Program-made: the position numbers and the translations under genes | The notes under the pieces: generated by a model | Seen by the model: only the letters and a program-made list of their open reading frames with translations | What the model was told of the DNA's origin: nothing | Databases searched by the model: none | In this document: one piece after another, positions 1-9,520 of the stretch | Position numbering within the stretch: the first letter of the stretch is position 1 | How the letters are laid out: each line of letters begins with the position of its first letter | Source of the DNA: an uncultured Propionibacteriaceae bacterium | GTDB lineage: Bacteria; Actinomycetota; Actinomycetes; Propionibacteriales; Propionibacteriaceae | Assembly: GCA_938046585.1 (NCBI GenBank) | Contig: CALIWR010000005.1 | Span: forward strand, 69,799-133,798 | Direction of reading: 5' to 3' | DNA length: 64,000 nt

Positions 1-1
1 G

Positions 2-892
2 GGCCCGGGTGAGATCGCGATGTGCGAGAACGTCCGCTACGAGCCGGGCGAGGAAAGCAAGGACGAGACCGAGCGGCAGGCGCTGGCGGCGAGGTACGCA
101 GCCTTGGGTGAGGTCTTTGTCTCGGACGGTTTCGGCGTGGTGCACCGTAAGCAGGCCTCGGTGTACGACGTGGCGAGGCTGCTGCCGAACGCCGCTGGGA
201 ATCTGGTGGCCAAGGAAGTCGATGTCCTCGAGCAGCTCACCACTCGGCCGGCCCGGCCGTACGTGGTGGTCTTGGGTGGGGCCAAGGTGGCTGACAAGCT
301 GGCCGTGATCGACAACCTGCTCAAGGTCGCCGACACCCTCGTGGTCGGCGGGGGCATGGCGTACACCTTCCTGAAGGCCAAGGGTTACGAGGTGGGTGCC
401 TCGATCCTGGACGAGGCCAACGTCGAGACCTGCCGGGGTTACTTGGAGCAGGCCAAGGCCGCGGGCAAACAGCTGCTGCTGCCGGTCGATGTCCGGGTCG
501 CCCACGGGATGGACTTCGAGGCCCGGACCGTGACCGGCGAGGTCGAGGTGGTGGCCGCAGACGCGATCCCGGCCGACAAGATGGGCTTGGACATTGGCCC
601 GGCCACCGAGAAACTGTTCGGCGACGCGGTGCGCGGGGCCAAGACCGTTTTCTGGAACGGCCCGATGGGGGTCTTCGAGATCGAAGCCCTGGCCCAGGGC
701 ACCAAGGCATTGGCGACAGCGCTGGCCGAGTCGGACGCCTTTACCGTGATCGGCGGCGGCGATTCGGCGGCCGCAGTACGTCAGCTCGGTTTCGCTGACG
801 ACGCCTTCGGCCACATCTCCACCGGGGGCGGCGCCTCCCTGGAGTATCTGGAGGGCAAGACTCTCCCCGGGCTGGCAGTTCTGGAGGGCTGA
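2..892 (+). CDS. pgk: phosphoglycerate kinase, 5'-truncated at window edge (C-terminal ~295 aa)
   Basis: Frame is open from the window start. The translation ([53 protein letters not shown]) matches the conserved PGK hinge and C-domain motifs. It is followed 3 nt later by tpiA, as in the canonical gap-pgk-tpi operon. Confidence 0.9.
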   Translation, partial: GPGEIAMCENVRYEPGEESKDETERQALAARYAALGEVFVSDGFGVVHRKQASVYDVARLLPNAAGNLVAKEVDVLEQLTTRPARPYVVVLGGAKVADKLAVIDNLLKVADTLVVGGGMAYTFLKAKGYEVGASILDEANVETCRGYLEQAKAAGKQLLLPVDVRVAHGMDFEARTVTGEVEVVAADAIPADKMGLDIGPATEKLFGDAVRGAKTVFWNGPMGVFEIEALAQGTKALATALAESDAFTVIGGGDSAAAVRQLGFADDAFGHISTGGGASLEYLEGKTLPGLAVLEG

Positions 893-895
893 GCG

Positions 896-1675
896 ATGAC
901 GAAGCGGACCCCGCTGATTGCGGGGAACTGGAAGATGAACCTCAACCATGTTGAGGCCACCGGCCTGGTTCAGAAGCTGGCATGGACCTTGGCGGACAGG
1001 AAATACGACCCGGCCACGGTCGAGGCTGCAGTGATCGTGCCCTTTACCGACATCCGGACCGTACAGACCCTGATCGAGGCCGAGAAGTACCCGATCGCCT
1101 GGGGGGCTCAAGATGTCTCGGTGCATGCCTCGGGGGCCTACACCGGTGAGGTGTCGGTGGGCATGCTGGCCAAACTCGGCTGCCGGTATGTGGTGGTCGG
1201 GCATTCGGAGCGTCGTGAATACCATGGCGAGACCGACGAACTGGTCAACCAGAAAGCCAAGCAGCTCCTCGACGCCGCCCTCACCCCGATTATCTGCGTG
1301 GGGGAGCGGCTGGAGACCCGCAAAGCCGGCGACCAGGTCCCGTACGTGTTGGGTCAGGTCCGAGGCTGCCTGGCCGGCCTGACCGCCGAGCAGGTCGCTG
1401 ACCTGGTAATCGCGTACGAGCCGGTCTGGGCGATCGGCACCGGCGAGGTCGCCACCCCGGCTGATGCGCAGGAGGTCTGTGGGGCGATCCGCGGCTTCGT
1501 TGCTCAGGAACTGGGGCAGGCTGCTGCCGACGGGATCCGGATCCAGTACGGCGGTTCGGTGAAGTCGAGCAACACGGCCGACATCATGGCCCAGCCGGAT
1601 GTTGACGGCGCTCTGGTCGGTGGCGCCAGCCTGGATCCGGAGGAGTTCGCCCGGATCGTGCTGTATCAGGCCTAG
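896..1675 (+). CDS. tpiA: triosephosphate isomerase
   Basis: 259 aa with [16 protein letters not shown] and [11 protein letters not shown], the catalytic Lys/His/Glu-containing TIM motifs. The start is 3 nt after the pgk stop. Confidence 0.95.
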   Translation: MTKRTPLIAGNWKMNLNHVEATGLVQKLAWTLADRKYDPATVEAAVIVPFTDIRTVQTLIEAEKYPIAWGAQDVSVHASGAYTGEVSVGMLAKLGCRYVVVGHSERREYHGETDELVNQKAKQLLDAALTPIICVGERLETRKAGDQVPYVLGQVRGCLAGLTAEQVADLVIAYEPVWAIGTGEVATPADAQEVCGAIRGFVAQELGQAAADGIRIQYGGSVKSSNTADIMAQPDVDGALVGGASLDPEEFARIVLYQA

Positions 1676-1691
1676 CCGGCAGGAAGATCGA

Positions 1692-1733
1692 AGGACCAGC
1701 CCGGCCCCGAGAGGTCGGGCTGGTCCGTTTCAG
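1692..1733 (+). terminator. candidate intrinsic terminator downstream of tpiA
   Basis: Near-perfect 14-bp inverted repeat GGACCAGCCCGGCC / GGTCGGGCTGGTCC with a 7-nt loop, followed by GTTTCAGATT. It starts 17 nt after the tpiA stop. Confidence 0.5.
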
Positions 1734-1770
1734 ATTCGGAAGGACCAATCACGTCCGTTACCATTGTCCG

Positions 1771-2037
1771 GTGAACTTGCCTGTGCCGTTGATCACCTGG
1801 CCTGTTTTCGGGGTCTCCATCGTGCTGCTGGTGACGAGCGTGATCCTGTCCCTGTTCGTGCTGCTCCATAAGGGCCGAGGCGGCGGCATGTCTGACCTGT
1901 TCGGTGGTGGCGTCTCCTCGTCGATGGGCGGGACCAGCGTGGCTGAGCGCAACCTGGACCGGATCACGATCATCATCGCTATCATCTGGTTGGCCAGCGT
2001 GATCACGCTGCTGATCTTCTACCGCTACGGCATCTGA
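1771..2037 (+). CDS. secG: preprotein translocase subunit SecG
   Basis: 88 aa with two TM helices flanking a Gly-rich loop (GGGMSDLFGGGVSSSMGG), the hallmark of SecG. It follows tpiA, as in other actinobacteria. Confidence 0.85.
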   Translation: MNLPVPLITWPVFGVSIVLLVTSVILSLFVLLHKGRGGGMSDLFGGGVSSSMGGTSVAERNLDRITIIIAIIWLASVITLLIFYRYGI

Positions 2038-2079
2038 CCGCAGTTTCACGTTCTACACGCAATAACAAGGAGTTCGACT

Positions 2080-2436
2080 GTGGTCGGAGGCAGTGCCATC
2101 CGCGGTAGCCGTGTCGGCGCCGGGCCGATGGGTGAAGCCGAACGGGGCGACGCCGCACCTCGATTGTACGTCTCGTACTTCTGCGCCAACATGCACGAGA
2201 CCCGCCCGGCTTTCGCTGCCGACGCGCAGGTACCGCTGGAATGGGACTGCCCCCGCTGCGGCCTGCCAGCGAACCTCGACTCTCAGAACCCGCCCCCGCC
2301 GCCGAGGATCCTGCCGTACAAAACCCACCTGGCCTATGTGAAGGAGCGTCGTAGCAGCGCCGAGGCCCGTACCATCCTGGAGGAGGCTCTGCAGGGGTTA
2401 CGGGCCCGCCGGGCCCGGGGCGAGGTGATCTACTGA
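2080..2436 (+). CDS. rbpA: RNA polymerase-binding protein RbpA
   Basis: 118 aa and alignable along its length to mycobacterial RbpA. Shared elements are the N-terminal RGSRVG, the central C-x-x-C (CPRCG) and the C-terminal sigma-interacting helix (RRSSAEARTILEEALQGLRARR). GTG start with AAGGAG 7 nt upstream. Confidence 0.8.
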   Translation: MVGGSAIRGSRVGAGPMGEAERGDAAPRLYVSYFCANMHETRPAFAADAQVPLEWDCPRCGLPANLDSQNPPPPPRILPYKTHLAYVKERRSSAEARTILEEALQGLRARRARGEVIY

Positions 2437-2474
2437 GGCCCGGTGAAGACCGGTCCCAGAAACAGCCGGCTCTG

Positions 2475-3324
2475 ATGCAGATCGGCGTCCATGACGCTTC
2501 ACGGCAGGGCTGGTTTCATCCCTGGCTGGACCTGGACGCGGTCCGGGCCGACTTCGACCAGATCGCCGATGTAGGCCTGGATCATGTTCGGCTGTTCCCG
2601 CTGGGGCCACTGCTGCCAATCCAGTCGGGGCCTGATCCGTGTCAGCGCCATCACCGATCTGGTCCGGGTCTGTGACGCTGCGGCCGGTCCAGCTTCGATT
2701 TCCTACCCAGCTGGGTGAGCACCTGGCACCGGCAGAATCTGCCCACCAGCCCGGACGCCGTCTGCGGTGAGGCCGCGCTGGTGATGGCCCTGCGCCAGCA
2801 CCCGGCGGTGACCGGGATCACGCTCGGCAACGAGCCCCCAGTTCGCGGCGGCGGTGGATCCACATCGGCACCCGGACCGGTCGGATGTGACCGTGACCGA
2901 GATCGACTACGGGTTCGAGCAGCTGCTAGGGCCGTTGCCAGCGGCCTGACGGGCAGCACCACCACAGTTTCGCCGACGACCTGTGGTTCGTCGGCGGCCA
3001 TCCCTTCACGCCGCGCCACGCCGTTATCTGGGGCGCCGCCACCACCGTCCACGCCTGGGCGTTCATGCAGGTGAGGCCACGCTTCGGTTCCGGGCACCCG
3101 GCCTTGGCCGGTTTCCCACCGTATCTGCTGGAATTGGCCCCCGGACCCGGACTGGAGACTGTGGTTGCAGGAGATCGGTGTCCCACGCAGCCACGTGCCC
3201 GATCCGGCCCAGTACCTCAGCGATGTCGTGGATGCCGTACTGGACATGCCCGGATTGGAAGGCCATCACCTGGTGGTGCAGCCACAACCTGGAGCGGGCC
3301 TGGAGTACACATTCGGCCTGTTGA
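2475..3324 (+). pseudogene. decayed glycoside hydrolase (GH5/clan GH-A-like TIM barrel) pseudogene, multiple frameshifts and stops
   Basis: GH-A-like motifs are spread over all three plus frames and separated by stops. They include WLDLDAVRADFDQIADVGLDHVRLFP, then LVMALRQHPAVTGITLGNEP with the NEP acid/base motif, then VTVTEIDYGFEQL, then a C-terminal segment PDWRLWLQEIGVP...YLSDVVDAVLDMPGL. No single intact ORF exists. Confidence 0.6.
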
Positions 3325-3534
3325 CCAGCGACAGGTAGCCGAGACCACAGGCGTTGATGCTCGCCGCACGACTACCCGAACTGCGGGCCGCGGCCTCGAC
3401 CAGCAGCACCACCAAGGCGGTGCTGGATTTTCCCACCGGCTACGAGACCGGTCAAGTACGCAGCATCACCGCCCCGACCGGGGACCTGTTCGCGGCCTGG
3501 GTGGACAAGTTCAGGTCCGCCGGCCCGGCTGCGA

Positions 3535-4263
3535 CTATAGCCGGCAGTGATGGAAGGGGAGCTGGCACGCGGCATCCGCGTCGACAAACCACAGCGTCCG
3601 CTCGACCCCCCGTACGTGGGAGGCCAGTGACGCCGGATCCCCGCCGAAGGTTCGCCCCAGGGCGTCTGCTCGGTCAGCCCCGGACGCGATCAGCCACACC
3701 TCCCGGCACCGGTTGATGGTGGTCAGCGACAGCGAAACCTGTTCAGCGGGCGAGACTGGGGCGTCCACCACCCCGACTGCCAGATTCGGGGTTGGTTCTG
3801 CCGACGGATGCCCTGGGTAGAGGGCCGCGACCTGGCCCTGCGCCCCCAGAGTCAGCAGGCAAATGTCGATCGTACGGCCCTCAATCTCTCGGGCGTAGCT
3901 AACCGCGGCTTCGGCTGGGTCGGGGGTGAGTTCCCGAGACGGCATCGGATGGGTCCGGGCCGGGTCTAGCGGGAAACTGCCCGCGAGCCGGCTTAGCGCC
4001 TGCAGCGACTGCCGCTGCGGGTCATCGGTGGCGACCAACGCGTCATGGGTCCACCACAACTCCAGCAGGCCCGTGTCCAGTTCGGATCCTGGCACCTGCT
4101 GAGCCAAACGCTCGTACGCAAGGTTGGCGACCTGCCCCCCGGTCAGGCAGAGCTCGGCCTTGCCGAATTCGTGTTGCAATTCAACCAACCGGGTGAGCAG
4201 ACTGCCAGCGACATCACAGGCGATCGCCTCAGCCGACGAATGTCGACGCAGCAGGCCCAGCAT
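3535..4263 (-). CDS. pgl: 6-phosphogluconolactonase
   Basis: 242 aa with ELWWTHD (the ELWWGDER-type motif) and a LTLGAQGQVAALYPGHP region typical of DevB/Pgl. It is the last gene of the zwf-opcA-pgl operon and overlaps the opcA stop. Confidence 0.85.
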   Translation of the reverse strand: MLGLLRRHSSAEAIACDVAGSLLTRLVELQHEFGKAELCLTGGQVANLAYERLAQQVPGSELDTGLLELWWTHDALVATDDPQRQSLQALSRLAGSFPLDPARTHPMPSRELTPDPAEAAVSYAREIEGRTIDICLLTLGAQGQVAALYPGHPSAEPTPNLAVGVVDAPVSPAEQVSLSLTTINRCREVWLIASGADRADALGRTFGGDPASLASHVRGVERTLWFVDADAACQLPFHHCRL

Positions 4264-5309
4264 CAGGGCTCACCGCTCTCAGAGTCGGCAGGCTGGGATC
4301 CTGCCGGTGCGGGTGCGCTTCGGTCCGAACGGCTGGTTGGTCTGGTGGTCCGGCTGCGTCGCCGGGGCGGGCCGTCAGGCTGCGTCGCCGGGATCTGCGG
4401 GGCCTGACCAGCCTTGGAGCGCTGCAGCAGGGTCTGTAGCGCCTCCTCGTAGATCTCGTCGGGATCCATCCGACGGATCTCCTCGGTCAGTAACTCGTTC
4501 ACGTCGCGGCGTTGCAGCGCGACCACTCGCCGTGGCTGGCCGGGGATCGAGTATGAGGCGGCAGAGCCGTCCTGCCGGGCTACGACGATCGGCCCGCCCA
4601 AAGTCTCCAGGCTCACTGATGTGATCCCCGGGCCGCTGGAGTTCTTCCGGGTCACCTCGACCCCGAGCCGGGCCTGCAACCAGGCGGCCATCAGATCGGC
4701 CGGTGCGTTCTGCCGAGCGGCACTCACCGAGGCCGACAGCACTCGGGTGGGGTGCTGGTCCAGGGCGGCCGCGAGCAGCGCCCGCCACAGGGTGAGCCGG
4801 GTCCAAGCCAGATCGGTGTCGCCGGGGGCGTGGTTAGCCGCCCGCAGCTGGAGCGCCTTCAACGGGGACGGGTCACCGGCAGCGTCCGTGATCCGGCGGC
4901 TGGCGAGCCTACCGAGAGTGTCCAGCGCCGGCTGGGCCGGGCAGGCCGCGGGCCACCAGATCACTACGGGGGAATCCGGCAGCAGCAGCGGCAGCACCGC
5001 CGAGTCGGCGTGCTCGCGCAGATCCCCCGACATCGACAACACGATCACCTCGCCGGGGACATCCTCGGCAAGGTGAATCTCGGCGTCCATCTTGGTGGTC
5101 CGAGACCCGGTGTTGACCACCAGGATCAACCGGCTGGGGTGCTCCCGGGCGGCGACCCGGGCCGCCTCGTACACCTTCGTGTAGGTCCGCTGTTCGGCGG
5201 CCACCAGCAGGGTCAGCACCATCCCGGAGGCGTTGCCTAAGTTACGGCGGGCCCGCAGCAGCGCGGCGGCGATCTCGGAGGATTGTGTGTCGGTGAGGTT
5301 GATGATCAT
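4263..5309 (-). CDS. opcA: glucose-6-phosphate dehydrogenase assembly protein OpcA
   Basis: N-terminus MIINLTDTQSSEIAAALLRARR...GMVLTLLVAAE matches OpcA. The ATG at 5309 is chosen because the longer ORF would overlap the zwf stop, and AGGACAG lies upstream. It sits between zwf and pgl, as in mycobacteria. Confidence 0.8.
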   Translation of the reverse strand: MIINLTDTQSSEIAAALLRARRNLGNASGMVLTLLVAAEQRTYTKVYEAARVAAREHPSRLILVVNTGSRTTKMDAEIHLAEDVPGEVIVLSMSGDLREHADSAVLPLLLPDSPVVIWWPAACPAQPALDTLGRLASRRITDAAGDPSPLKALQLRAANHAPGDTDLAWTRLTLWRALLAAALDQHPTRVLSASVSAARQNAPADLMAAWLQARLGVEVTRKNSSGPGITSVSLETLGGPIVVARQDGSAASYSIPGQPRRVVALQRRDVNELLTEEIRRMDPDEIYEEALQTLLQRSKAGQAPQIPATQPDGPPRRRSRTTRPTSRSDRSAPAPAGSQPADSESGEP

Positions 5310-5319
5310 CTGCTGTCCT

Positions 5320-6855
5320 TCACGGCCTGCGCCACATCCGGCCATCCCGGCGGATCATGTCCAGCCCCGATGGGGGACCCCAGGTACCCGCCGGGTAGGG
5401 TTCGGGGCTGTCGGGGAGACTGGCCCAATAGTCGAGGACCGGATCCAAGATCTGCCAGCCCAGTTCCACCTCCTCCTGCTGCGGGAACAGGGGCGGATCG
5501 CCGAGCAGTACGTCGAGGATCAGCCGTTCGTACGCCTCCGGTGAGGCCTCAGTGAAAGCTCCGCCGTACGAGAAGTCCATGCTGACGTCGCGGATCTCCA
5601 TCTGGGTGCCGGGCACCTTGGAGCCAAAACGGACGATCACTCCCTCGTCGGGTTGGATCCGCATCACGAGCGCATTACGGCTCAGATCCTCGGCATCTAG
5701 CGCGGTGAACGGGCTGTGTGGGACCTTCTTGAAACCGAGCGCGATCTCGGTCACCCGCCGCGGCAGCCGCTTGCCGGTCCGCAGGTAGAAGGGGACCCCG
5801 GCCCAGCGGCGGCTGTCGATGTCGACCCGGATCGCGGCGTAGGTCTCGGTATTCGAGGTGGCCCGGAAGCCTTCCTCTTCGACATAGCCGACGACCGGTC
5901 GGCCTCCAAGCCAGCCGGGGGCGTAGCGGCCGCGGGCTGTGTGCAGGTCGATCCGATCGGGCAGGGTGACCGCTGACAGCACCTTCTGTTTCTCGCGGCG
6001 CAGGTTGGTGGCATCGAATGAGACCGGCTCCTCCATGGCGGTCAGGGCCAACAACTGGAGCAGGTGGTTCTGAATCACGTCCCGGGCGGCGCCGATCCCG
6101 TCGTAGTAGCTGGCCCGGCCACCGACGCCGATCTCCTCAGCCATGGTGATCTGGACATGGTCGACATAGTGGTTATTCCAGATCGGTTCGAACATCTGGT
6201 TCGCGAACCGCAGCGCCAACAGGTTCTGAACCGTCTCCTTGCCCAGATAGTGGTCGATCCGGAACACCGCCTCGGGCGCGAAAACACCCGACAACACCCG
6301 GTTCAGCTCCCTGGCGCTGTCCAGGTTGTGGCCGAACGGCTTCTCGATCACCACCCGGCTCCAGCGTCCGCCGCGGGAGTCGGCGAACTGGTGCTTGCGT
6401 AACTGGTTGATCACCAGCTCGAACAGCCCCGGCGGGATCGACAGGTAGAAGGCGTGATTGCCGCCGGTGCCGTGCAGCTGGTCGAGCTCGGTGACTGTGG
6501 CATGGAGCCGATCCCAGGCGGTGTCGTCGTCCAGGTCACCGGGGACGAAACGAATCCCGTCTAACAACTGCCGCCAGACCTCTTCGCGAAACGGGGTCCG
6601 GGCATGGTCGCGGACCGAGTCGTGGACCAGCTGGGCGAAATCTTGGTCGGCCCAGTCTCGTCGGGCGAACCCCACCAGGCCGAAACCTGGCGGCAGCAGG
6701 CCTCGGCTGGCAAGGTCATAGACCGCGGGCATGACTTTCTTACGGGCCAGATCACCGGTAACCCCGAAGATCACCAGGACGCAGGGCGGCGCGATCTGAG
6801 GCAGTCGCCGGTCCCTCGGGTCCCGCAGGGGATTGGTGAGCTTCTCGTCCGGCAC
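5320..6855 (-). CDS. zwf: glucose-6-phosphate 1-dehydrogenase
   Basis: Contains VIFGVTGDLARKK (NADP-binding), RIDHYLGKE (active-site motif) and EKPFG. GTG start at 6855 is preceded by AAGGAGAGG and gives an N-terminus (VPDEKLTNPLRDPRDRRLPQIAPPCVLVIFG) that aligns with mycobacterial Zwf2. The upstream 44 codons of the ORF are rejected as an extension. Confidence 0.9.
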   Translation of the reverse strand: MPDEKLTNPLRDPRDRRLPQIAPPCVLVIFGVTGDLARKKVMPAVYDLASRGLLPPGFGLVGFARRDWADQDFAQLVHDSVRDHARTPFREEVWRQLLDGIRFVPGDLDDDTAWDRLHATVTELDQLHGTGGNHAFYLSIPPGLFELVINQLRKHQFADSRGGRWSRVVIEKPFGHNLDSARELNRVLSGVFAPEAVFRIDHYLGKETVQNLLALRFANQMFEPIWNNHYVDHVQITMAEEIGVGGRASYYDGIGAARDVIQNHLLQLLALTAMEEPVSFDATNLRREKQKVLSAVTLPDRIDLHTARGRYAPGWLGGRPVVGYVEEEGFRATSNTETYAAIRVDIDSRRWAGVPFYLRTGKRLPRRVTEIALGFKKVPHSPFTALDAEDLSRNALVMRIQPDEGVIVRFGSKVPGTQMEIRDVSMDFSYGGAFTEASPEAYERLILDVLLGDPPLFPQQEEVELGWQILDPVLDYWASLPDSPEPYPAGTWGPPSGLDMIRRDGRMWRRP

Positions 6856-6932
6856 GGCGCCCCTCTCCTTGGCTGTCTTCGCACAACCTACCGCCCTCCC
6901 CGCAGGGAGGATGGTGTCAGTGGGCGGGCTGG

Positions 6933-8138
6933 TTACAGAGCCGACCCTTTGCGGTACTGATCGTAGGAGACGTTCCAGTCGGTCCACCCGTTGCCGGTCT
7001 CCAGGCCACGTTTGGTGCCGGTCACCTCGATCAGGTCACCGACGCGGCAGTTCTGGAACAGCCAGGCGCCGTGCTCAGTGGAGACCCCGATACAGCCGTG
7101 GCTGACGTTGGCCTTGCCCTGACTGCCGACCGACCACGGGGCGGCATGGATGAACTCCCCGGAATCAGTCTCCCGCATCGCGTACCGGACATCGGGGATG
7201 TTGTAGTACTCCGGGCTGCCCGGTTCGATGCCGACCGAGTTGGCGTCCATCTTGAGGGTGGAGAATTTCTCCATCACGACCTTCTTGCCGCTGCGGGTCT
7301 CGAAACCGGGCTTGCCTCCGGTGATCGGGATGGTCCGAGCCGGGGCGCCGTCGATGACCACCGTCATCTGGTGGCTGGCGAGGTCGGCTTTGAGGATCAC
7401 CGAACGGGCGATGGTCATGGACCCGGACACCGACTTTTGCCCGTACCGGCCGTTACCGGCCGGGATCGAGTTGATGTCGATCTCGATGCTGACCTTGGTC
7501 CCCGGCTTCCATAGTTCCCGCGGCCGCCAGTGGGCCTCGGTGGAGGACAGCCAGTTCCAGGAACCCTCGGTTGCCGGGGTGGCGGTGACTCTCATGTGCT
7601 TCTGGAACGAGGCCCGGTCGGTGACCGGGACATCGAAACGTACCACCACCGGCATCGCGACCCCGACCGTGCCGCCGGAGGCGATCGTGGCGAAGACTTG
7701 CTGCTTGAGTGACAGGGCCTGGGTGGTGAACGTGGCGGTCCGACTGGTCGAGACCCCAGCGGTGCTCTGGCCCTGCATGGCGATCTGATAGGTCATCCCC
7801 GGCTCCAGCAGGCTGTTCGCGGTCCAGGTGGCGGCGTCTGGGGCCAGGGTGCCCTGCACGGTCTGCGGGCCAGCCTTCGGGTCGGTGTAGGTCATAGTGA
7901 CGGCGACCAGGGTCCCCTGGGTGGCGGTGACTGAAACCTTGGTATCGACCGGGACCTGAGCTCCCTCGGCGACATTGGGGGTCATCACTACCTCCGGCGG
8001 CGCGGCAGTCGAAGCGGCCGAGGCTGGACCGTCAGCCTCCGGCTTCGAACCGCCGGGGGTCTTCTGGGCACAGCCACTGACCGTGGCGGCGGTGCCGGCG
8101 CCCAACAGCGCCACCACCGTACGGCGGGAGAGCGTCAT
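6933..8138 (-). CDS. L,D-transpeptidase lipoprotein (YkuD domain, LdtMt2-like)
   Basis: Signal peptide with lipobox (TVSGC), two Ig-like N-terminal domains and a C-terminal catalytic motif HAAPWSVGSQGKANVSHGCIGVS (the His/Cys of the YkuD fold). Confidence 0.85.
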   Translation of the reverse strand: MTLSRRTVVALLGAGTAATVSGCAQKTPGGSKPEADGPASAASTAAPPEVVMTPNVAEGAQVPVDTKVSVTATQGTLVAVTMTYTDPKAGPQTVQGTLAPDAATWTANSLLEPGMTYQIAMQGQSTAGVSTSRTATFTTQALSLKQQVFATIASGGTVGVAMPVVVRFDVPVTDRASFQKHMRVTATPATEGSWNWLSSTEAHWRPRELWKPGTKVSIEIDINSIPAGNGRYGQKSVSGSMTIARSVILKADLASHQMTVVIDGAPARTIPITGGKPGFETRSGKKVVMEKFSTLKMDANSVGIEPGSPEYYNIPDVRYAMRETDSGEFIHAAPWSVGSQGKANVSHGCIGVSTEHGAWLFQNCRVGDLIEVTGTKRGLETGNGWTDWNVSYDQYRKGSAL

Positions 8139-8202
8139 CGTGACCTCCTAGGATTGGGTGCCGAGCCGGTCCAGTATCGCCTAGGACCGGCCGAGAAGTG
8201 TC

Positions 8203-9444
8203 TCACAGAGCGGACCCCTTCTTGAACTGCTCGTAGGTGATGTTCCAGTCGGTCCATCCATTGCCATTCTCCAAAGCCCGGGAACTGCCGGTGTAGACCA
8301 CCGGGTCGCCGACCTGAGTGTTGGCCATCAACCAGTCAGCGTTGTCGGTACTCATCCCGACACAGCCGTGACTGACGTTGCGCTTGCCCTGGGAGCCGAC
8401 CGACCACGGGGCGGCATGGATGAACTCGCCGGACTGGGTGACCCGCATCGCGTACTTGACGCCCTTGAGATCGTAGAACTCGGGGGAGTTCCGGTTGGTT
8501 CCGGTGGTGCCGGCGTTCATGTCCACTGCGTCCAGGCGCTCCATGATTACCTTGGTTCCCGAGCGGGTCTCGAAGCCCGACTTGCCGGCGGTGATCGGGA
8601 TGACTCTGGTCGGTTGCCCGTTCACGAGGTGGGTGGCGGTGTGAGCCGCCAGGTCGACGTTGATTTGGGCGGCCCGGCCGATGGTGAAACCGGCTCGCTT
8701 CGACTCCTGCCCGTACCGGCCATCACCAGCGTTAACCCCGTTCACGTCGATATTGATGTCCACCTGGGTGCCGGGCTGCCAGTAGACCTCCGGCCGCCAG
8801 TGGGCCTGCGTGTCTGAGATCCAACTCCAGGTGCCGTTCTGGGCCGGTGTGCTGGTGACGTGCATGTGGCGCTGGAAACTGGCCTTGTCCGCAATCGGCG
8901 TGTCGAAACTCACTACCACCGGCATGGCGACCCCCACGGTCTGCCCAGCGCCGATGATGTTGTAGACGAAGACCTGCTGCTTCAGGCTCAGCGGCGCTGT
9001 GGAGAAACTGACCGTCCTGCTGACCGGTTCGCCGGAGTTGGCGCTGGCCTGCACCACGGCCGTGTACGAGACCCCGGGCTCGAGCAAGCTGGCGGCGGTC
9101 CAGGTGGTCTGGTCGGCGGAGACCTCGCCCGCAACGGTCTTCTTCTCCGGGCGTGGGTCGGTCGAGGTCAAGCTGACCGAGGTCACTGTGCCGCCGCTGG
9201 CGACCGCCATGAAGCGGTGGTCCACCGGGACCTGGCCCCCGTCGCCCACGCTTGTGGTCAGGCTGAACGGGCCCTGGCTCGGGGTCGGCGACGAGACCGG
9301 TGACGGTGAAGTGTCTGTGGTCGCGGTGGAGGTGGCCGCCGGCGTCTGAGACACGGTGCCGGTGCCGCTGCAGGCAGCCACCAAGGCGACCAGGAGCACG
9401 ACAAACGGGACGAGGGCAATGCGTTGACGAGTAGCCGAGTTCAC
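8203..9444 (-). CDS. L,D-transpeptidase lipoprotein, tandem paralog
   Basis: Lipobox LVAACSG. Same architecture and catalytic motif (HAAPWSVGSQGKRNVSHGCVGMS) as the neighbouring gene. Visual alignment of the two translations suggests roughly 55-60% identity (not computed). Confidence 0.85.
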   Translation of the reverse strand: MNSATRQRIALVPFVVLLVALVAACSGTGTVSQTPAATSTATTDTSPSPVSSPTPSQGPFSLTTSVGDGGQVPVDHRFMAVASGGTVTSVSLTSTDPRPEKKTVAGEVSADQTTWTAASLLEPGVSYTAVVQASANSGEPVSRTVSFSTAPLSLKQQVFVYNIIGAGQTVGVAMPVVVSFDTPIADKASFQRHMHVTSTPAQNGTWSWISDTQAHWRPEVYWQPGTQVDINIDVNGVNAGDGRYGQESKRAGFTIGRAAQINVDLAAHTATHLVNGQPTRVIPITAGKSGFETRSGTKVIMERLDAVDMNAGTTGTNRNSPEFYDLKGVKYAMRVTQSGEFIHAAPWSVGSQGKRNVSHGCVGMSTDNADWLMANTQVGDPVVYTGSSRALENGNGWTDWNITYEQFKKGSAL

Positions 9445-9520
9445 AGGGGCCTCCTTGATGACCCTTCAAGTATCGGCTATGCGGGCGCCTTCGCGCCACA
9501 CGGTCCAGCCTCGGGAACGG

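Noticed and set aside
3354-3716. 120-aa ORF that could be an intact small gene
   Set aside because: Only the first ~60 residues look protein-like and the rest overlaps the pgl 3' end out of frame. It is treated as a further fragment of the decayed region.
6856-6987. 44-codon N-terminal extension of the zwf ORF (first ATG)
   Set aside because: An internal GTG with AAGGAGAGG RBS reproduces the conserved Zwf N-terminus. The extension would also overlap the Ldt gene's 3' end.
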